Shown piece by piece: positions 1-8,565 of a stretch of 35,244 nucleotides of DNA (positions within the stretch are counted from its first letter, which is position 1; each line of letters begins with the position of its first letter). The notes below the pieces were generated by a model. It had not been told where the DNA came from. It ran no database searches and saw only the letters and a list, made by a program, of their open reading frames with translations. The stretch covers positions 1 to 35,244 of the IMG/VR virus record IMGVR_UViG_3300010413_000100; one strand, written 5' to 3'. This DNA comes from a virus. The position numbers were made by a program, and so were the translations under genes.

Positions 1-144
1 AAAGAGGGGGGGGATATAATCTTAGAGTTAATGTCGATTTGGAATGAAATTTGCAAAACTCTTCCGAAAGCTACAATAAATTCTCCCCCCCGCAATGAAA
101 TTTTGAAAAATTTAATAGGAAATAAAACATTGAAAGACAAAAAA
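1..144. repeat. Terminal direct repeat / circular assembly overlap (identical to 35101-35244)
   Basis: Bases 1-144 match 35101-35244 exactly. The initiator reading frame runs through the junction in frame, giving a 35,100-bp circle. Confidence 0.97.
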
Positions 145-303
145 GGAAATCCGCTATTTGAGTCAATAGAAGATTGGAAAGCTTTTTGCCAAATAGTCAA
201 TAAATCCTCGTTTCTTAATGGAGATAATCCAAGAAATTGGAAAGCCAATATTGATTGGTGTTTAAAAAATATTAACAAAATTTACGAGGGAAACTATGAT
301 TGA
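1..303 (+). CDS. C-terminal part of the replication initiator (continues from 34738 across the junction)
   Basis: Same frame as the 34738 ORF via the terminal overlap. The C-terminal motif FLNGDNPRNWKANIDWCL...KIYEGNY resembles phage replisome-organiser C-termini. Confidence 0.85.
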   Translation, partial: KEGGDIILELMSIWNEICKTLPKATINSPPRNEILKNLIGNKTLKDKKGNPLFESIEDWKAFCQIVNKSSFLNGDNPRNWKANIDWCLKNINKIYEGNYD

Positions 304-751
304 ACAAATAAAAGAAATGCGAGAGAGAATGTCCCAAAGAGAGCAACAAAAGAAAGAATTTGAGAAGAATTTTGCTTTTGCTCAAGAAGAGGAAATGAGA
401 AAATTTGAAGATGATTACATTGCTAAAAAAGCAAAAAAAGAGGGCTGGTGGGAAACAACCGGATATTATGCCGGATTAAAAGAAGTTATGCAAACAATCT
501 TTAAACATAAATGTCTTTTTAAACTTAAAAGTCATTATAACGATGTTATGCCGAAATGTTTGGGTGTTAAAAGAGATGTTTCATACATTCAAATTGGTAA
601 AAAAGGTATAAAAAAGGTGTATATGCTTGATTACTTACGCAGTCAGTATTTTCACGACGCTTGTTTTAGCAACTGCGGTTTTCCAGCTTACATTTTTGAA
701 GCTGTGAAAAAGCAAAATTTGATAAAAACTTGGAGAGTAAATGAAAGATAA
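296..751 (+). CDS. Hypothetical protein coupled to the replication initiator
   Basis: 151-aa ORF overlapping the initiator stop; no family recognised. Confidence 0.75.
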   Translation: MIEQIKEMRERMSQREQQKKEFEKNFAFAQEEEMRKFEDDYIAKKAKKEGWWETTGYYAGLKEVMQTIFKHKCLFKLKSHYNDVMPKCLGVKRDVSYIQIGKKGIKKVYMLDYLRSQYFHDACFSNCGFPAYIFEAVKKQNLIKTWRVNER

Positions 752-923
752 ATTTGAATAGTTACTTTATTGGATTTTTATAATTATATGTTTTATGTTA
801 ATAAAAAATATCGTTTAATGAGCCAGAGAGGTATCAGATTTTTAGATTTGGGAAAAAAACAATACATTTATCATCTGGAACAAACTTGTTAAAAATTGGG
901 TAGTTTTAAGAGAATTTGAAAAA

Positions 924-1346
924 ATGGAAAAAATAGTAAAAAATATTGATGAGATAGTTAATTTTAGTAAGGGTTATATAGAGAAAAAGTTTAAAATACT
1001 TTATTTTATAAGCTTTTATAAAGATGGAAATGGAGCTAATTTTATTATAAAAGAAGCAAAAGAACTTGCAAAATATCTCAAACTTTGCAAGAAATATAAA
1101 CACAATAGATTAATTGCTTGCGTTAAAAAAGACAATATTCCAAGTATTATACTTTTAGCAAAAAACGGATTTGTTAGAGTCACAGAAATAGGCGATAATT
1201 ATTGCTATGTTATAGATTTAAGTTGGAGTGATACAATCAAAGAGGCAATTAAACAAACAAAGCTTTTAGAAAATAGAGATTTAGCGTATCAAAATAATAC
1301 AATAGAAGATATAGAATGCTTTAAACAAAGAGATTTGACAAAATAA
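924..1346 (+). CDS. GNAT-family acetyltransferase-like protein (possibly N-terminally longer)
   Basis: LIACVKKDNIPSIILLAKNGF matches the GNAT C-terminal motif (V..N..S..L..K.GF). The frame is open from 846. Confidence 0.6.
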   Translation: MEKIVKNIDEIVNFSKGYIEKKFKILYFISFYKDGNGANFIIKEAKELAKYLKLCKKYKHNRLIACVKKDNIPSIILLAKNGFVRVTEIGDNYCYVIDLSWSDTIKEAIKQTKLLENRDLAYQNNTIEDIECFKQRDLTK

Positions 1347-1362
1347 CAAAATTAGATAATAT
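1335..1362 (+). promoter_or_regulatory. Sigma70-like promoter TTGACA-N16-TAATAT
   Basis: TTGACA 1335-1340 and TAATAT 1357-1362. The predicted start (~1369) coincides with the first base of a 17-bp inverted repeat. Confidence 0.6.
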
Positions 1363-1368
1363 TGTTAG

Positions 1369-1450
1369 TGGATAAGTGATTATATCCCTTATTAAAAAAA
1401 ATCTAAAAAAAAAGATTTTCCATATGGACTCCTATATAATCACTTATCCA
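1369..1450 (+). repeat. Perfect 17-bp inverted repeat (TGGATAAGTGATTATAT / ATATAATCACTTATCCA)
   Basis: Arms at 1369-1385 and 1434-1450 enclose a 48-nt loop. A second perfect 10-bp hairpin follows (1469-1478/1491-1500). Confidence 0.9.
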
Positions 1451-1519
1451 TAAGGAGTTAAGTTGGATTGTTAAGAGAAAATGGAAGTAATCTCTTAACA
1501 TTAACAAATAAAGGAAATT

Positions 1520-1639
1520 ATGATTTATATAGCAGTAGCACAATTATTATGTTTAATCGCAATATTCTTTTGCGTATATTACGATATAAGACCATTATTA
1601 GAGAATATTTTAAAGGAATTACAAAGAGATGACAGATAA
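1520..1639 (+). CDS. 39-aa single-TM membrane peptide (not in ORF track)
   Basis: MIYIAVAQLLCLIAIFFCVYYDIRPLLENILKELQRDDR; AAGGA SD upstream; overlaps the start of the 1629 ORF. Confidence 0.65.
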   Translation: MIYIAVAQLLCLIAIFFCVYYDIRPLLENILKELQRDDR

Positions 1640-2771
1640 AATAAATAACAAGACATTTAAAAACGCTTTTAAGGCACTTAGTTGGTGCTATGAAAATCCG
1701 ATGAAGGAGATTGAATATGATAGATATTTTAAAGAAAGTAATAAAGTTAAAAGAAGATTAAGAATAAATAAGGAAAAAATATTAGAAATCAATGATGATT
1801 GCCATTGGAGTCAAGCTGATTTAATTGTCACAGAATTTAAAAACTGGCAAAACATAAAAGTCTATGAAGAACCTATAATAATCAAAACCAAAGAAGATTT
1901 TAAGGATAAGTATATAGAAGTACCAAAAGATATTGATGAAGAGATTTTTGATAAAATAAAAAAGAAATTTAATAGGATTGGCTTTTCATTTTATAGAAAT
2001 GATAAAGGTTTTTCTTATAAAACTATAATTGAATGTCCTTATATTTGGGTAGAAAAAGAAGAAAAAATAGTAAATTCAAATATAGTTCAACCTGAATTAT
2101 GGAATTTAGAAGAAATATCAGTTGAAGATTTTTTAAGAGAGGAAGAAGAGGAATTTAGATTAGGTAAAGGTAATATTTATTTTCCTAATGAAGAAGATTA
2201 CACAATCGCTTTATGTGAAAGTTGCGATACTGAGGTTAAAGTATTTAAGGGGGCTGAATATTGCCATTGTTGCGGGGAAAAGTTGTTTGGGAAGGAGGAA
2301 GAAAAACCAATTTGGTCGGCTGATGATATTGCTTTATTTGATGATTTATTACAAGAAAATTGTTATATTTTTGATATAAAAGATGTTCATAACGAAGGTT
2401 ATAAAACAAAAAAAGAGATAGTAGGTTTGCCTTTTAATATGTTCAAAACCAAAGAAAGAGCAGAGCTTGAAAGAGATAGGCGAGAAGTTGATTACATAAT
2501 GAAGAAAATGGCTTGTTTATCAAGAAAAGATAACTCTTGGAAACGAATACTAAAAACTGAACAATTTGATGTTTCAAATTCAACTTTAAATAAGTGTGGC
2601 TTTATTGTTCAAGAAAACACAAAAGATTATACACATATTGGATTTAACAAAGCTTATTTCAACACAGAACAAGACGCTCAAAAATGTCTTGATTGTTTGT
2701 TAGAGAAATATGGAGAGGATAGGTTAAAAGAAATATGGGGAATTATAAAAATAGGAGAATTAATAAAATGA
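1629..2771 (+). CDS. Hypothetical mosaic protein with central Zn-ribbon
   Basis: 380-aa ORF with CESC...CHCC motif. Confidence 0.7.
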   Translation: MTDKINNKTFKNAFKALSWCYENPMKEIEYDRYFKESNKVKRRLRINKEKILEINDDCHWSQADLIVTEFKNWQNIKVYEEPIIIKTKEDFKDKYIEVPKDIDEEIFDKIKKKFNRIGFSFYRNDKGFSYKTIIECPYIWVEKEEKIVNSNIVQPELWNLEEISVEDFLREEEEEFRLGKGNIYFPNEEDYTIALCESCDTEVKVFKGAEYCHCCGEKLFGKEEEKPIWSADDIALFDDLLQENCYIFDIKDVHNEGYKTKKEIVGLPFNMFKTKERAELERDRREVDYIMKKMACLSRKDNSWKRILKTEQFDVSNSTLNKCGFIVQENTKDYTHIGFNKAYFNTEQDAQKCLDCLLEKYGEDRLKEIWGIIKIGELIK

Positions 2772-2947
2772 TTATTTGTATTGTTTCATTTATAGCAGGT
2801 TTTTTATTTGCTACTTGGTTATGTTATAGATATGATAGAAAACCAAAATGTCCAAAATGTGGAGAAGTTACAGATGTAAAAGATGGTAAATGCAATTCTT
2901 GTCGCGCTCTTGAGTCTGTAAGTAAAAGAGGGAGAAAGAAAAAATAA
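2768..2947 (+). CDS. Small membrane-anchored Zn-ribbon protein
   Basis: ATGA overlap start at 2768; N-terminal hydrophobic helix, then CPKC...CNSC. Confidence 0.65.
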   Translation: MIICIVSFIAGFLFATWLCYRYDRKPKCPKCGEVTDVKDGKCNSCRALESVSKRGRKKK

Positions 2948-2949
2948 AA

Positions 2950-3516
2950 ATGTTTATATTAAGAGATGAAGAATTTGTCAAAGAAATAGAAGATAGTTTT
3001 AATAGATATGCTTTATATTCAAATAATAATGTTGGATATGTATTCTCTGATAAATTTGCTAATAAGATAATACAGAAGTTTGGCGAAGAAGAAAAATTTA
3101 TAAAAAAAGAAAATGAAAAGAAGAACGAATATTCTCTTATTTCTATAGAAAAGCAATTAAGTATTATTTATTGTTTACATAAGAGATTTGAAAATAAAAT
3201 GACTGCTTTGATAAATGAATTAAAAAGCATAAAAGGAATAGAAATAGAACAGACTATGAAATTATCAAAGAAATTTAGCAAATACTTTGAATATTATAAT
3301 TCAGGAAAAATCTTTTTTGCTGTTAGAATATCTAATCATAAAAATATTTTATGTAATAATGAATACAATTTTATATTAAATGGAAAAGAAAATTTATCTA
3401 CTTTTATAAAAAGATGCAAAAGAGGTTTTATTAATAAATTGATAACTTTTAAAGAAAATGAATTAATTTCTTTAAGAGATTTTAAAAATTCTAAAAATCC
3501 AACATTAAAATTATAA
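2950..3516 (+). CDS. Hypothetical protein
   Basis: 188-aa ORF, no family recognised. Confidence 0.65.
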   Translation: MFILRDEEFVKEIEDSFNRYALYSNNNVGYVFSDKFANKIIQKFGEEEKFIKKENEKKNEYSLISIEKQLSIIYCLHKRFENKMTALINELKSIKGIEIEQTMKLSKKFSKYFEYYNSGKIFFAVRISNHKNILCNNEYNFILNGKENLSTFIKRCKRGFINKLITFKENELISLRDFKNSKNPTLKL

Positions 3517-3576
3517 TTGATTTTTAAAACTTATTTATTTATTTTTTTATAAAATTATAAAATAATCCTAACTCTA

Positions 3577-3996
3577 ATGGCAAATTCAAATCCTGAATTA
3601 CATATTGAAAATTTAAAGCCGTTTAATAAAAGAACTGCAGAGGAAATACAGAGGATAACTTCAATGGGAGCGAAAGCTTCTCATAAAGTTCAAAAAGAAA
3701 ACAAAAGATTTAGAAAAATTATTGAAATAATTGGGCAATTAGAATTTAAAAATAAAGAAATTAAAGAAAATCTAAAAAATGAAGTTGGTGACATTCCAGA
3801 AGAAATAAGTATGGATACAGCTTTAATTTTAGGTCAATATGCTAAAGCAATTTCTGGAAATTCTAAAAATGCTACTTTTATTCGTGATACTAAAGGCGAA
3901 AAACCAACTGAAAAAATCGAGCAAATAAACGCTAATCTTGAAATAAAAGATGAAAAGATTATAGATAATGTTATGTCTAAAATAAAAGAAATATGA
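3577..3996 (+). CDS. terS: Terminase small subunit
   Basis: Directly upstream of and overlapping terL. NLKPF..R..EE and KAISGN..ATFIRDTKGEKP motifs are typical of this small-terminase family. Confidence 0.7.
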   Translation: MANSNPELHIENLKPFNKRTAEEIQRITSMGAKASHKVQKENKRFRKIIEIIGQLEFKNKEIKENLKNEVGDIPEEISMDTALILGQYAKAISGNSKNATFIRDTKGEKPTEKIEQINANLEIKDEKIIDNVMSKIKEI

Positions 3997-5408
3997 AAAG
4001 TTTTGATGAATATTTTCCGACCGATGAAGAAAAAGCTGTTGTTAAATTAGTTTGTGAAAAATCATTGAAAGGATTTATTAAGATTGTTCATAGATTTAGA
4101 ACTGGTGCAAAATTTACTTTTAAAGATTTCCATAATGAAATAATAAAAGCTTTAGAAGATAGAGCTAATTATAAAACTATAAAAAATTTAATAATTAATA
4201 TTCCTGTTGGTTTTGGTAAATCAATTATTGTTGAATATTTTATCGCATGGTGCTTTATAAGAAATAAAAATAATTGTTTCTTATATACTTCTTATTCCGA
4301 TACTTTAATTAAAAAACATTCTGGAGAAATAAAAGAAATATTATCAGGAGAAGTCTGTAGTAAATTATGGTCATATAAATTTCAAAAAGATAAAGATTCA
4401 AAAACAAATTGGTCTATAATTGGAAGTATTGGAAGAAGTGGTTTGACTGCTGGTTCAATGGGTGGTACAATTACAGGTCTTGACGCTGGTAATCCTGCAG
4501 TTAAGAAATTTTGTGGCGCAATGATAATTGATGACCCGATTAAAGCAACTGATATTATTTTTGAAACTAAAAGAGAAGATTGTATTTATAAATTCGATAA
4601 TGCTTTAGGAACAAGATTAAGAAGAGATGATGTTCCTATAATTATTATCATGCAAAGATTGAAAGAAGAAGATTTAGCAGGCTATCTTATGAAAGAAGGT
4701 AAATATAATAAAGGTTTAAAAGAAGAAGATAAAGATAATTGGAAAAAAGATTGGGATTTAATAAAAATACAAGCCTTACAAAATGAAAAATCTATTTGGG
4801 AAGAAAAAATATCAACCAAAAAATTAAAGAAATTAAGAGAAAGATTGCCTTGGGTTTTTAATTCCCAATATCAACAAGAACCTGATAGCAAAATAAATTC
4901 TAACTTTAAAGGATTAAAATTTGCTACAAAAGAACAAGAGAAATTAATTGAAAATGGTTTCGGACATATTGATAAAGGTTTCGGTGGAAAAGACGGGACT
5001 GCATTTACAATTATTAAAATAGTAGGAAATAATCTTTATGTATTTGGCAAATTATGGCAAAAACATATTAATGATTGTTTAACTGAAATAGAGTTATACC
5101 GTGTAAAGTACAAATGTGGTCAAATAAGAACTGAAAAAAACGATGATAAAGGTGAAAATGCAAAAAAGAGTAAATATATTATTTCATATCACGAACACGA
5201 TAATAAACATCTTAAAATAATGACTCATTTATACCCCGCTTGGAAAGATATTTATTTTTTGCAAGGAACTGACCCGAATTATATTAGCCAATGTCAAAAT
5301 TATAATGATAAATCCAAAAATGATGATGCTCCGGATAGTTTGGCTTCAATAATAAGATATTTGAAAGGCGGAAATAGAACTGTTTTAGTCGGTAGTAGAC
5401 CTTTTTAA
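3993..5408 (+). CDS. terL: Terminase large subunit
   Basis: Walker A-like NIPVGFGKS, Walker B MIIDDP, coupling motif IIIMQRL, and RNase H-type nuclease motifs HIDKGFGGKD and DDAPDSLA. Confidence 0.95.
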   Translation: MKSFDEYFPTDEEKAVVKLVCEKSLKGFIKIVHRFRTGAKFTFKDFHNEIIKALEDRANYKTIKNLIINIPVGFGKSIIVEYFIAWCFIRNKNNCFLYTSYSDTLIKKHSGEIKEILSGEVCSKLWSYKFQKDKDSKTNWSIIGSIGRSGLTAGSMGGTITGLDAGNPAVKKFCGAMIIDDPIKATDIIFETKREDCIYKFDNALGTRLRRDDVPIIIIMQRLKEEDLAGYLMKEGKYNKGLKEEDKDNWKKDWDLIKIQALQNEKSIWEEKISTKKLKKLRERLPWVFNSQYQQEPDSKINSNFKGLKFATKEQEKLIENGFGHIDKGFGGKDGTAFTIIKIVGNNLYVFGKLWQKHINDCLTEIELYRVKYKCGQIRTEKNDDKGENAKKSKYIISYHEHDNKHLKIMTHLYPAWKDIYFLQGTDPNYISQCQNYNDKSKNDDAPDSLASIIRYLKGGNRTVLVGSRPF

Positions 5409-5409
5409 T

Positions 5410-5437
5410 TTGACTTTATAAGCTTAAGTTTTAGACT
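5410..5437 (+). promoter_or_regulatory. Sigma70-like promoter TTGACT-N16-TAGACT upstream of the neck/tail block
   Basis: TTGACT 5410-5415 and TAGACT 5432-5437 in the terL-5467 intergenic gap. Confidence 0.45.
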
Positions 5438-5466
5438 TTTATTAATATCAACAAAAAAGGCTTTAT

Positions 5467-5814
5467 ATGAAAAAAGTTAAAATTATTGGAAAATTAAAAA
5501 AACTTGATGGTAAAAAAATTGTAGTTTCTTCTTATGAAAAAGAAGGTTGGTTAAAAGATGGAAAAATATTTTATCCAGATAAAGAAAATACAAGAGAATT
5601 TTATAAAGTTATTGATTGTAAAGTTTGTTGGAATGAAGGAATTTTAATTAAAGAAATAAAAGAGATTAAAGAAAAAGAAAAAAAAGAAGAAGTTATAGAA
5701 GAAGCAAGAGAAGGATATGTAAGACCTGAAATAGCAATGAAATATCCAAAAAAAAGAATAAACAAAAAAAAGATAAAAAAAGAAGAAATTGAAAAACAAA
5801 ACGAAAATAAATAA
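5467..5814 (+). CDS. Lys/Glu-rich hypothetical protein
   Basis: 115-aa ORF at the head of the neck operon. Confidence 0.7.
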   Translation: MKKVKIIGKLKKLDGKKIVVSSYEKEGWLKDGKIFYPDKENTREFYKVIDCKVCWNEGILIKEIKEIKEKEKKEEVIEEAREGYVRPEIAMKYPKKRINKKKIKKEEIEKQNENK

Positions 5815-5816
5815 AC

Positions 5817-6569
5817 ATGATAGATTTATATAGTGTTAAAAAATATAGTTCTTATGATTTTGTGCAAAATACAAAACCGTCTTCAACTGGAACTTGGCTT
5901 GTAAGTGAAACTTTTTTTGATGTTGAAACTTATACAAAAGGTGAATCTTATAATGTAACAAGTGTAAGTCCCTTTACTGCTGTAAGAATAGAAACATCTG
6001 AAGACGCAAAAATAGAAGCAAATTTACATCATACTTTAAAGCTTGTTTTAGATTATTTGAACAATTTCTTTTATGAAATAAGACAAGATTTTAATGTTTC
6101 TTTTGATTATGGCGAATGGGACATTAAACAATCTTTAATTAATGATAATATTCATTATTTAAGTGATATGAATCAATATGAGTTTAAAGTTGATGGAGAA
6201 ATCGATAGTTTATCAGAAGATATATTTGAAGTAGGGGATTTAATAAGAATTGCAGGAAGTTTGAGAAATGATATAGTAGGTTATATCGAAAGCTTATCAC
6301 CTTTGAAAATAACAAACAAAGATTTAAGAGCTACTACGGAATACGCCATTTTGTTTTTGTGCAATATTCCTAAACAAGTTGAAGAAATTATAAGCCAAAT
6401 GCTTTATTTTGATACTTTCAAAAGAAAGATAAAAGATAAAAAAGCTGAAAGAATTGGTAATTATTCTTATCAAAAAGATGATACTTTTTTAAAAATTGGT
6501 GGTTTAGAATATCCATCATATTTAATAAATCAATTAAAACCTTATAAATTAGTTAGAATTGTGCAATGA
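5817..6569 (+). CDS. Head-tail connector/adaptor (SPP1 gp15/HK97 gp6-like) with large insertion
   Basis: C-terminal IPKQVEEII...KAERIGNYSYQ...YPSYLINQLKPYK adaptor motif. At 250 aa it is about twice the usual size. Confidence 0.7.
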   Translation: MIDLYSVKKYSSYDFVQNTKPSSTGTWLVSETFFDVETYTKGESYNVTSVSPFTAVRIETSEDAKIEANLHHTLKLVLDYLNNFFYEIRQDFNVSFDYGEWDIKQSLINDNIHYLSDMNQYEFKVDGEIDSLSEDIFEVGDLIRIAGSLRNDIVGYIESLSPLKITNKDLRATTEYAILFLCNIPKQVEEIISQMLYFDTFKRKIKDKKAERIGNYSYQKDDTFLKIGGLEYPSYLINQLKPYKLVRIVQ

Positions 6570-6910
6570 TAGATGATTATTATCAGGATATAGATTTATA
6601 TAGATATACAGAGGGTGAATTCTCAACACCTGATGATTATTCAAAAATTCAAACCTTTAAAGGTCTTGTTCAAACACCATCTTCAAGGAATTCTTTTGTA
6701 AATGCCAAAGATACCATGAATGTTGATGGTATTTTATTTTGCGATATTTCTTTAAATTCTATTATTCAAGAAAACGATTTGATTGAATATGAAGGAATAA
6801 AATATATTGTTAGCGGTAAACAATCACAGCCTTTAGGCGTTAGTGGGATTGAGCCTGACGAGGGGCAACATTGTGAATTCAAATTACAATTTTATAATAA
6901 AAATGTTTAA
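6566..6910 (+). CDS. Head closure/stopper protein (SPP1 gp16-like)
   Basis: Size, position after the adaptor, and the D.I.Y.G..Y.V...H.E pattern. Confidence 0.65.
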   Translation: MIDDYYQDIDLYRYTEGEFSTPDDYSKIQTFKGLVQTPSSRNSFVNAKDTMNVDGILFCDISLNSIIQENDLIEYEGIKYIVSGKQSQPLGVSGIEPDEGQHCEFKLQFYNKNV

Positions 6911-6924
6911 TAATTGGAGGTTTT

Positions 6925-7161
6925 ATGCCTGAAACTAAAGCAAAAGCACGAGCAAGAGCGAAAAAATTGGGTTTTCCTTTAAGTAATGTTGTTAAAGGAA
7001 AAAAAGGTTATTATTTAGCACCTCGTGGAATAAAAAAGTCTTCTTCAAAAAAAGCTTATTCTTCTTGTAGAGATAGTGGAATGAGCAAAACAAGATGTTC
7101 AAAAATAGTTTGGAGTATTGAAAAGAAAAAGAAAAGAAAAAAAAGTGCAAAGAAAAAATGA
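6925..7161 (+). CDS. Very basic small protein
   Basis: 78 aa with 28 Lys/Arg and 3 acidic residues; strong GGAGG SD. Confidence 0.8.
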   Translation: MPETKAKARARAKKLGFPLSNVVKGKKGYYLAPRGIKKSSSKKAYSSCRDSGMSKTRCSKIVWSIEKKKKRKKSAKKK

Positions 7162-7612
7162 ACAAATAAAAGTTTGTAAAATTCTTGGTTGTATAGATAT
7201 GACAATAGACTATATAATAAGAATATTTGGAATTTTTATTGTTTTTTATATACTTAATTTTTTAGGAAAGAATATATTTGATTTATTTCCATCGGAATAT
7301 TTATTTAGTTTAGTTATTATTCCAATTATTGATATAATAAAATATTATCCTACCGACTTCGCTATTAGAGTAAGTTCAAAGATTTTTTTGCATGAAGATT
7401 TTATAGAATCAACTTTCGGAATAAATAATATTTTGGTTGATAAACTATTTTTAAATAATATTGAAAATATAGAAAGAAGAAAAACTATTTTTAGTTCTAT
7501 TTTTGGTTATGAGACAATAAGAGTATCGGGAATAGGAAACCATGTTGATTTAATTTGTGTTAAAAATCCACAATATTTAATTGATAAAATTAAAGTTTAT
7601 GACAAAAAATAA
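7118..7612 (+). CDS. Membrane protein with bacterial PH (bPH_2-like) domain; start may be ATG 7199
   Basis: Two hydrophobic helices, then ESTFGI...LNNIENIERRKTIFSSIFGYETIRV, typical of YdbS/bPH_2 proteins. Confidence 0.65.
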   Translation: MKRKRKEKKVQRKNEQIKVCKILGCIDMTIDYIIRIFGIFIVFYILNFLGKNIFDLFPSEYLFSLVIIPIIDIIKYYPTDFAIRVSSKIFLHEDFIESTFGINNILVDKLFLNNIENIERRKTIFSSIFGYETIRVSGIGNHVDLICVKNPQYLIDKIKVYDKK

Positions 7613-7871
7613 AATAATAAATTTAGAAAAAAATACACCGCATAAAGTTGAAAAACTTTTTTGTATAAATTGTTGTAAAAGTATTATAATGGTATCCAAA
7701 GATTATGAAGATACTTCAAATGAAGAATGTCCAGTTTGCAAGCAAAAATTAAGAAAATATGAGGATTTATGTTTATACGATGTTTTTGATATTCTTGCAA
7801 GACAAAATGAAAAAATACATGAAGAAAATACGGATATACTTTTAAAAAAGAATTTGATAATAGTAAATTAA
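7581..7871 (+). CDS. Zn-ribbon protein, paralog A
   Basis: LFCINC...CPVCK; aligns by eye with the 7881 ORF. Confidence 0.7.
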   Translation: MIKLKFMTKNKIINLEKNTPHKVEKLFCINCCKSIIMVSKDYEDTSNEECPVCKQKLRKYEDLCLYDVFDILARQNEKIHEENTDILLKKNLIIVN

Positions 7872-7880
7872 AAAGTCATA

Positions 7881-8243
7881 ATGAAACAATGGAAGAAATT
7901 AATGATGAATAATAACATTATTAATCTTGATGATGAAAAATTAGTAAGTCAAAAAGAATTATTTTGTATAAATTGTGGAAAGGCAATTTTACTTGTTTAT
8001 TCAAAAGACAGATATGATTTAGAAAAACAATCAATGCAATGTCCAGTTTGTAAAAAAGATATGCAATTATTTAAAGAAGTTTGTTTTGATGATGTTTTAA
8101 ATTTAATATCAAAAATTATGAGAAATTATCATAAGAAAAAATATAATTATCAATTTCCTAATGACAAAGAAAAAGAAATGTTTATTTTAGGTGAAAATTT
8201 AATTAATTATGTAGAAAAAAATATAAATGCCAATAGAAGTTAA
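7881..8243 (+). CDS. Zn-ribbon protein, paralog B
   Basis: LFCINC...CPVCK; aligns by eye with the 7581 ORF. Confidence 0.7.
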   Translation: MKQWKKLMMNNNIINLDDEKLVSQKELFCINCGKAILLVYSKDRYDLEKQSMQCPVCKKDMQLFKEVCFDDVLNLISKIMRNYHKKKYNYQFPNDKEKEMFILGENLINYVEKNINANRS

Positions 8244-8565
8244 TGTCCCCAATTTAGAAAATCTGACAATAAATGGAATAAAAGAGGCTGTTATCAAAAT
8301 TACTTCAAGAATAGAAGCGGAAGCAAAAAAAAATTCTCCAGTTGACACAGGATTTTATCGTAATAATATTAAAGCAGGAAATGGCGAAGTTGTTGCCAAT
8401 GCAGAATATTCAAAAGCTGTTGAATATGGTTTCCCTGCTGGATATAAAACTAAAACTTTTACTTATAAAAAAGGACGGAGACCTAATCCAGTTATGCGAA
8501 ACTCTGCAAGAAAAGTCCAAAAAGAAGTTGATAGCATTGTTGCAAAAATAATTAATAGGAAATAA
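8227..8565 (+). CDS. HK97 gp10-like tail-completion/neck protein
   Basis: SPVDTGFYR, NAEYSKAVEYG and PNPVMR motifs. Confidence 0.88.
   Translation: MPIEVNVPNLENLTINGIKEAVIKITSRIEAEAKKNSPVDTGFYRNNIKAGNGEVVANAEYSKAVEYGFPAGYKTKTFTYKKGRRPNPVMRNSARKVQKEVDSIVAKIINRK

Noticed and set aside
741-818. SD-led ATG 741 hits TAG after six codons and would continue as a 25-aa hydrophobic peptide if TAG were read through (possible amber recoding)
   Set aside because: All long genes are intact in the standard code, other TAG stops (e.g. 29325, 34503) have no meaningful in-frame extension, and no suppressor tRNA is visible.
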